Assembly (NCBI RefSeq): GCF_963921235.1 | Contig: NC_086108.1 | Coordinates: 50,780,001-50,844,000, forward strand | DNA length: 64,000 nucleotides | Source of the DNA: Mobula hypostoma | Lineage: Eukaryota | Direction of reading: 5' to 3' | Shown: piece by piece, positions 57,085 through 64,000 of the stretch | Layout: the number at the start of each line of letters is the position of its first letter | Position numbering within the stretch: position 1 is the first letter of the stretch | The notes under the pieces: generated by a model | Database searches by the model: none | What the model was told of the DNA's origin: nothing | What the model saw: only the letters and a program-made list of their open reading frames with translations | Made by a program: the position numbers and the translations under genes

Positions 57085-58868
57085 AACAAACTGAAAGCTA
57101 CGCAAGCGAGGTTGGAGGTGACATCGGATGCGCGTCAACTCTGGCAGGGTTTGCAAGACATTACTTCCTATAAAGTGAAACCCAAAAGCATGAATGGCAG
57201 CGATGCTTCACTACCAGATGAGCTCAATGCCTTCTATGCCTGCTTTGAAAGGGAGAATATAATTATAGCTGTGAAGATCCCTGGCGCACTCGGTGACCCT
57301 GTGTCTCGGAGGTCAACATTAGGCTGTTTTTAGGGAAAGTGAGCCCTCACAAGGCAGAAGGCCCCAGTGGAGTACCTGGTAAGTCTCTGAAAACTTGTGC
57401 CAATCAACTGGAAAGAAAATTCAAGAACATTTTCAACTCTCACTTTTATGGTTGGAAGTTCACACCTGCTTCAAAAAGGCAACAATAAAACAGTACCAGT
57501 GCCTAAGAAAAGTAGTGTGGGCTGCCTTAATGACTATTACCCAGTAGCACTCAGATCTATGGTGATGAAATGCTTTGAGAGGTTGAGCATGGCTAGAATC
57601 AACTCCTGCCTCAGCAAGGATTTGGACCCACAACAATTTGCCTTTCACCACAATAGGTCTACAACAGATGCAACCTCAATGGATCTTGTCAAGGCCTTAG
57701 GTTACCTGGATAATGCAAATATCTGTCAGGATGCTGTTCGTTGATTTAGCTCAGCTTTTAACACCTTCATTCCCAAAATCCTGATCAATAAGCTACAGAA
57801 CCTGGGCCTCTGTACCTCCCTCTGCAAGTGGATCCTTGACTTCCTAACCAGAAGACCACAATCTGTGAGGATTGGTGATAAGACCTCCTCCTCGCTGACA
57901 ATCAACACTGATGCACCTCAGGGATGTGTGCTTAGCCCACTGCTCTATTCACTCTATATTCATGACTGTGTGGCTAGCCATAGCTCAAATACCATCTATA
58001 AATTTGCTGATGATACAACCATTGTTGGTAGAATCTCAGATGAAGAAGAGAGGGTGTACAGGAGTGAGATATGCCAACTAGTGGAGTGGTGTCGCAGCAA
58101 AACTTTGCACTCAACATCAGTAAGACGAAGAGCTGATTGTGGACTTCCAGAAGGCACACGTACCAATCCTCATAGAGGGATCAGAAGTGGAGAGAGTGAG
58201 CAGCTTCAAGTTCCTGGGTGTCAAGATCTCTGAGGATCTAACCTGGTCCCAACATATTGATGCAGTCATACAGAAGGCAAGACAGTGGCTATACTTTATT
58301 AGGAGTTTGTGGAGATTTGGTATGTCAACAAATACACTCAAAAACATCTAGAGATGTACTGTGGAGACCATTCTGACAGGTTGTATCACTGACTGCTAAG
58401 GGGGCTTACAAGACAGGATTGAAGCTACAGAAAGTTGTAAAATTAGTCAGCTCCATCTTGGGTATCCAAGGCAGCTTCAGGGAGTGGGTGCCTCTGAAAG
58501 GTGACGTTCGTTATTAAGGACCCCCGTCACCCAGGGCCTGTCCTCTTCTCATTGTTACCATCCAGAAGGAGGTACAGAAGCCTGAAGGCACACACTCAGC
58601 AATTCAGGAACAGCTTCTTCCCCTCTGCCATCCAATTACCAAATAGATATTGAACCCATGAACACTAACTCACTTTTTGGTTAATATATATAATTTCTGT
58701 TTTTGCGCTATTTTTAATCTATTCTATATACTTATATATACTTACTGCAATTGATTTAATTGTTTATCTGTCTTTTTATATTGCCATGTATTGCATCGAG
58801 CTGCTGCTGCTAAGTTAACAAGTTTCACGACACATGCCGATGATAATAAACCTGATTCTGATTCTGAT
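57085..58868 (+). mobile_element. Rex1/Babar-like LINE, degraded
   Basis: [50 protein letters not shown] and YKFADDTT, with a (CTGATT)n tail. Confidence 0.88.
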
Positions 58869-59009
58869 ATAGCCACAGCAGAGGCTGGGCAGTGGCTGAA
58901 GTAAACATATGATAATGAAGGTCAAACTGCTGGAGGAAATGAGCACGCTGTGACTATGTATAAAACTGATGAATTTCAGGGTGACATGCACCTGCAAACA
59001 GTGCACCCA

Positions 59010-61130
59010 AAATGGATGCAACAAGTTCTGTTGTTAGCAGAGTGGCCTGTACGTCTGATACCTCCTTGGCATGCATCAATCTGGAGGCTAACTTAGCTGC
59101 ATTATTTGCACGGCAGCAATCATTGAAAGACAAACATGCGTCGGAACAACAAGAGGAGCAGGTGGAAGAGGGGCTACAGAAAGGAAACAAGCACCGATAG
59201 AGAAGGAAGGAGCAGCTTAATTCCAGGAAGAATTGCAGCACAGATAGCTGAAGTGAAAGTGCTTCAAGTGCTGTGGGTGCTAAACATGCTCCAACAGAAC
59301 AGTTCAATGGTGAGAGTTCCAATGTTGACATGGCACAGAGAAAGTCCAACATACTCAATGTCAATGTGGATACATTTGTTCCTCAAGTGTCCGTGAGCCA
59401 CAAGTTTGGACCCCAAGGGGTTGTTCAGGACATTGGCTCTCAGGCTGCACCAAGGAGACACTCTGAACCCTATGCCATATCCAATAGTACAAGGTGCTTC
59501 TGAGGATATTCATTTACAGTATGGTGACACATGCGCTTCAGATAATTAAAGTCTAAATTAGTGCGCTGGAGGCTATAAAGATGCAAAAGGAAACAGCAAG
59601 CTTAGTGATGGAACAACAATGCATGAGTCTCTGCCTAAAAGATTCAAATCTTTGATGGTGATCCATTGTAATATCATTCATTTCAAAGGGCTTTCAACAA
59701 TCGCACTGAAGGCAAGACTGATGATTATGGCAACCATTTCTTTTTTCCTCAAACGGTTCACTGGAGGTTACCCTAGAAAGCTTGACAAAAGTTGCCAGCA
59801 AGCTAACCTGGAGGAAGGATATCTAAAGGCCAAAGCTTTACTACAGGAACATTTTGATAATAAGCACCAAAATGAATCAGTCTATATGGAAAAGGCTCTT
59901 TCTTGGCAGCATATCAAATCAGAAGATGTGAAAGCTCTTCAAGATTACAGTTTTTTTCTTAGAGTCAGTTGTAATGCAATGGGAGATGTTCAGCTCATGT
60001 GAGAGCTTGATATGCCTATTAATATATCGATTGTTGTAAAGAAGTTATCTTATATGCTTAGGGAAAAATGGAGATGGCTTCCTTGTGAGCTATTTGATAA
60101 TCACAACTGCAAGGCTACTGTCATCAACCTTGTCAAGTTTATTGAAGAACAAGTGAGGATTTCTACACACCTGGTGCATGGAAACACACAGGATACTGCA
60201 CCATCAGCAGTAAAAAAGGTGTGAACAAAACTAAGTCACAAATTCATTCGAAAGAAGCAGCTCTACTACTACTGTGGCTACGGTGAAAAGTGAAGCTACA
60301 ACTGAGCCCGGAACTAATGAAAGACAAATTACCTTGTCAGTCAAAAGGGTTTATCTGTCCTGCCAGGGTGAACATACTTTGGATTTGTGCTCTCAGCCAG
60401 AGAAAAAGATTCATAATGAGAAAATTGTCTTCCTAAAAAGAATGGTGTCCTCTTTGGTTGTTTGCATAAGGGCCACATCAGCAAGGCTTGCAGGAAAAGC
60501 CTTTCACGGAAGCTATGAAGTGACAAGCTTCATGTTCACTCTGATGAAAAGGGTGCAGATTCGAAACAAGCCGTAAAAAAATCAAACACAGCAGTGAGTA
60601 ACACCCTGGTATCCAATGGCCTTACGGAGGCCGGTGATCATGCTTGTAAACTTCCTGTAATTCCAGTTCAGGTGAAGTCTCAGAAGAGTTACAAGACAGA
60701 GGTTATGCTTTCCAAGATCAGGGAAGTACAGCAGTGTTCTCTACAGTGAGCCTCATGAACAAGCTCAACAGGAGAAAGAAGACACATCCTCTTACGCAGC
60801 GTGGGTCAGAAGGTTGTGAAAGCTCTGTCGTTTCAGGATTGGAAGTAGCTGGTTTAGATAGTTTGAACTATTGTGAACTGCCTAACATCTATATGCAGGA
60901 ACGTATGCCTGCCACAATGGGAACATTCCTTGTCGGAGAGATCTTCAGGAATGGTCTCACCTGAAGCATAATCATTTGCCAGAAATTGATTTTTAAAATT
61001 GAGCTGCAAATAGGGGCCTCAAGCATTGGAGCTGTTGCAAGTGACTCCCAGTGTTAGTGATGGATATCATGCAATCAGAACAATGGTGGGTTGAACTCTT
61101 ACTGGACCATTGAAAGGAGACTGTGATGGT
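59010..61130 (+). mobile_element. BEL/Pao LTR retrotransposon gag-protease relic
   Basis: GYLKAKALLQEHF…YMEKALSWQHIKSEDVKALQDYSFFLRVSCNAM, KLSYMLREKWR, a degenerate Cys-His region, and KLPVIPVQVKS followed by a DQGS protease-like site (~60716). No LTRs recognised. Confidence 0.75.
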
Positions 61131-62299
61131 GGAAGAGTGCTCAGTATTTCCTGTTATCAGATGAAGTAGGTTGACTGAAGACATGCATCCATAACAGTTA
61201 TACCCTTAGGAAGATAATATATCCACAGCGTTCTTTTGGCTAAAGATAGTTACATTTGCTTCAACCTTGTAGTCACATGCTGAACTTGACGATCATCAAG
61301 GATGCCAACATTCACTGAGCTACTTCTTTCAGTTTCTCAGTTTTAATTGATTAGCACCATTACTGAGCTTACAAATGTAACATTTTAGTCTTTTATAATT
61401 CTCATTTAATAGGAACAATGATCTGTTCAAGGCTAATAGGAAAATTAAAGCTATCATTATATCCAATTAAGAGACTTACAATGTTTCCAGAAATAGCAGT
61501 AGACTTGATGGTTTTAAATAGCCTTTGAGTGCTTTTGAATGCCAGAGAAATTAAGGTTCACCTGTGACCAACCCTGCGTGATATTGAGCATTTTGGCTAT
61601 TTTTGAGCAAAGGTAGAAAGAAACATGATACAGCCAATATAGCCTATTTTCACTTGGAGAATTGTCTAATCTGTCTGCTTGTTTTTAGTCAGCCTACCAT
61701 TTTCTTTAACTTTTGATGGATGAGACTTGTTCTGACCCCTCCCTGTGACATTGTAATATTGCACAATCAGCTGACAATTAGGTATTACTTGAAGGGATGC
61801 TCGACAAATGCTGGCTGTTAGATTGATCCAAGTATTTCAAGCTTAATTCAGAAGTCAGCAGCAAGTTCAGATTCTGGCCTACAGTAAACATCTAGGTATA
61901 GCTGAGCAGGCAATGAGTTAGGCAGATGCTTTTATAATCTAAAATCTAGGCTGAATCACACAGATTCAGAAAGCTGGGTATCACCCCATTGAAAAATGGA
62001 GACTCGTAAACCTTAAATTTGTAGTCAGGAATCTGCCAGTTAAAATCTGAGCATAAAATCTGAGCATCATACCACAGCAACTTTAAAAAGGTACATTGGT
62101 CTTAAAGTTAATGCACTCCAGGATAAGATCACAGAAACGAGAAAGGCTAGACCAGTAAGAAATACCTGTATTTTTGAAACTGTACACCAAATTCACACGC
62201 CCTAATTTGTCTTGAGTAATTGCGAAACTGAAGTTGCCTCAAAATATACCTTTTTAATTTCTTATTAACAGAAAGATTAGTCTGACAATAGGTGAAGGA

Positions 62300-62856
62300 A
62301 AAATTAAATATACATTAAATCAAAGTAAGAGGCAGTTAACATTTCCAGAAATAGCAGCAGGCCTGTTGATTGAGAGTATTTTAAAACTCAGCAAAAGAAA
62401 GCCAAGCAAGGGAAAATGGAACTGAGCCAGTAAACTAGCAGAAAATGTTTAAGTAAACCTGCAAAAGCTTCTTCAGATCCATAACAAGTATAGGATGATT
62501 AAAAGCAAATGTGAGACCCCTGTAGATATGAGAGTTTATAAAGAGGAAGAAGCAAATGGCATAGAACTCAAATGCAATTTTAGAGTATACATCTGTGGAA
62601 AGGACAGAATTCTGCCAGAAATACTAGAGAACCAAAGCTTAGTGAGAATGGGAGCTTAAAAGAAAGTTAACATTTGTTTATTTTTTAAGAAAAGGTATTA
62701 GATAAATTGTTAAGATTGAAAGCTGGTAAATCCCAAACATCTGACAACCTACATCACAGAATTTTGAAGGCAGGGGCTTTGGTGAAGGTTTATATGAATT
62801 TCATTGTTCAAACTTTTATAGATTCTAGAATTGATTCAGTAGGTTGGAGGGCAGCA
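62300..62856 (+). mobile_element. Highly degraded CR1 internal fragment
   Basis: LKAGKSQTSDNLHHRILK and IDSVGWRAA resemble CR1 KSPGPDGLHPRVLK…DWRVA. Confidence 0.55.
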
Positions 62857-64000
62857 ATAAGATATAGGAGCAGAATTACGCCATTTACCACACCGTCTGC
62901 TCTGCCAATTCATCATGTTTGATCCAAATTTCCTCTCAGTCCCAATCTCCTTCCTCCTCATCTTATCTCTTCATGCCCTGATCAATCAAGCCTCAAATAT
63001 ACATAAAAACTTGGCCTCTATGACTGCCTGTGGCAACAATTTCCACAGATTCACCACTCTCTAGCTAAAGAAATTCCTGCTCATCTCTGCTCTGAAAGGA
63101 TGCCCCTCTATTCTGAGGCTGAGTCCTCTGGTCTTAGACTCTCCCACCATAGGAACATCCTCTCCACATCCACTCTATCAAGGCCTTTCAACATTCGATA
63201 GATTTCAATGAGGTCACCCCTTATTCTTCAGAATTCTAGTGAATATGGGCCCAGAGTCATCAAATGCTCTTCATATGACACGTCATTTAATCTTAGCATC
63301 ACTTTTGTGAACCTCATTTGAACCCTCTCCAGTTTCATCACATCCTTTCTAAAGTAAGAGGCCCAAAACTTCTCACAGATGAGGCCTCACCAGAACTTTA
63401 TAAAGCCTCAATATTACATCATTGCTTTTATATTCTAGTCCTCTTGAAATGAATGCTAACATTGCATTTGCCTTCCTTATCACAGATTCAACTTACAAAT
63501 TTAACCTTTCGGGAATCCTGCACAAAAACTCTCAAGTGCATTTGCGCATCAGTTTTTTTAATATTTTCTCTCTATTTAGTAAAAGGTCAACCCTTTCATT
63601 TCTTCTACCAAAGTGCATGGCCATACACTTCCCAGCATATATTCTATCTGCCATTTCTTTGCCCATTCTCTTCATCTGTCCAAATCCTTCTGTAGCCTCT
63701 TTACCTCGTCAACACTACCTGCCCCTCCACCTATCTTCAATCATTTGCAAACTTTTCAACAAAGCCTTCAATTCCATCATCCAAATCATTGACATATAGA
63801 GCAAAAATAAACGGTCCCAACACAGACCCCTGTGGAACACTACCAGTCACTGACAGCCAAGCGAAAAATGCTCCTTTTATTCCCACTCTTTGCCACCTGC
63901 TAATCAACTACTGTTTTATCCATGCTAGAATCTTCTCTGTAATACCATGGGCTCGTAACTTGTTAAACAGCTTCATGTTGGCACCTTGTCAAAGGCCTTC
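62857..64000 (-). mobile_element. CR1 LINE 3' part, runs off the window
   Basis: Tail ATAAGATATAGGAGCAGAATT, then C-terminus and RT; ends at KAFDKV at the window edge. Confidence 0.85.

Overview
Vertebrate genomic DNA made up largely of transposable elements. The repeat families (esterase-ORF1 CR1 LINEs, V-SINEs, Rex1/Babar, RTE, Penelope-like elements) suggest a cartilaginous fish, which is an inference. No host gene could be identified with confidence; only weak candidate exons are visible. Main contents: (1) a full-length minus-strand Gmr1-like Ty3/Gypsy LTR element (20997-25917) with paired LTRs, a 4-bp TSD, a tRNA-Pro PBS and a PPT. Its single open 977-aa ORF is Gag-protease fused to catalytically empty remnants of integrase, RT and RNase H. 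(2) A young 5'-truncated CR1 with an uninterrupted ORF2 (41581-44613), plus many older nested CR1s. (3) Rex1/Babar, RTE and BEL/Pao relics, two solo LTRs, mariner and Tc1 non-autonomous elements, and Penelope terminal repeats carrying minimal hammerhead ribozyme motifs. Best candidate for a novel mechanism: in three divergent CR1 copies ORF1 ends in T-TTA-AAC-TAG. This is the canonical UUUAAAC -1 slippery heptamer. In the intact copy ORF2 is in the -1 frame and has no AUG before its endonuclease domain, which suggests ORF2 is made by programmed -1 frameshifting as an esterase-EN-RT fusion. Boundaries of degraded repeats are approximate, and all comparisons were done by eye.
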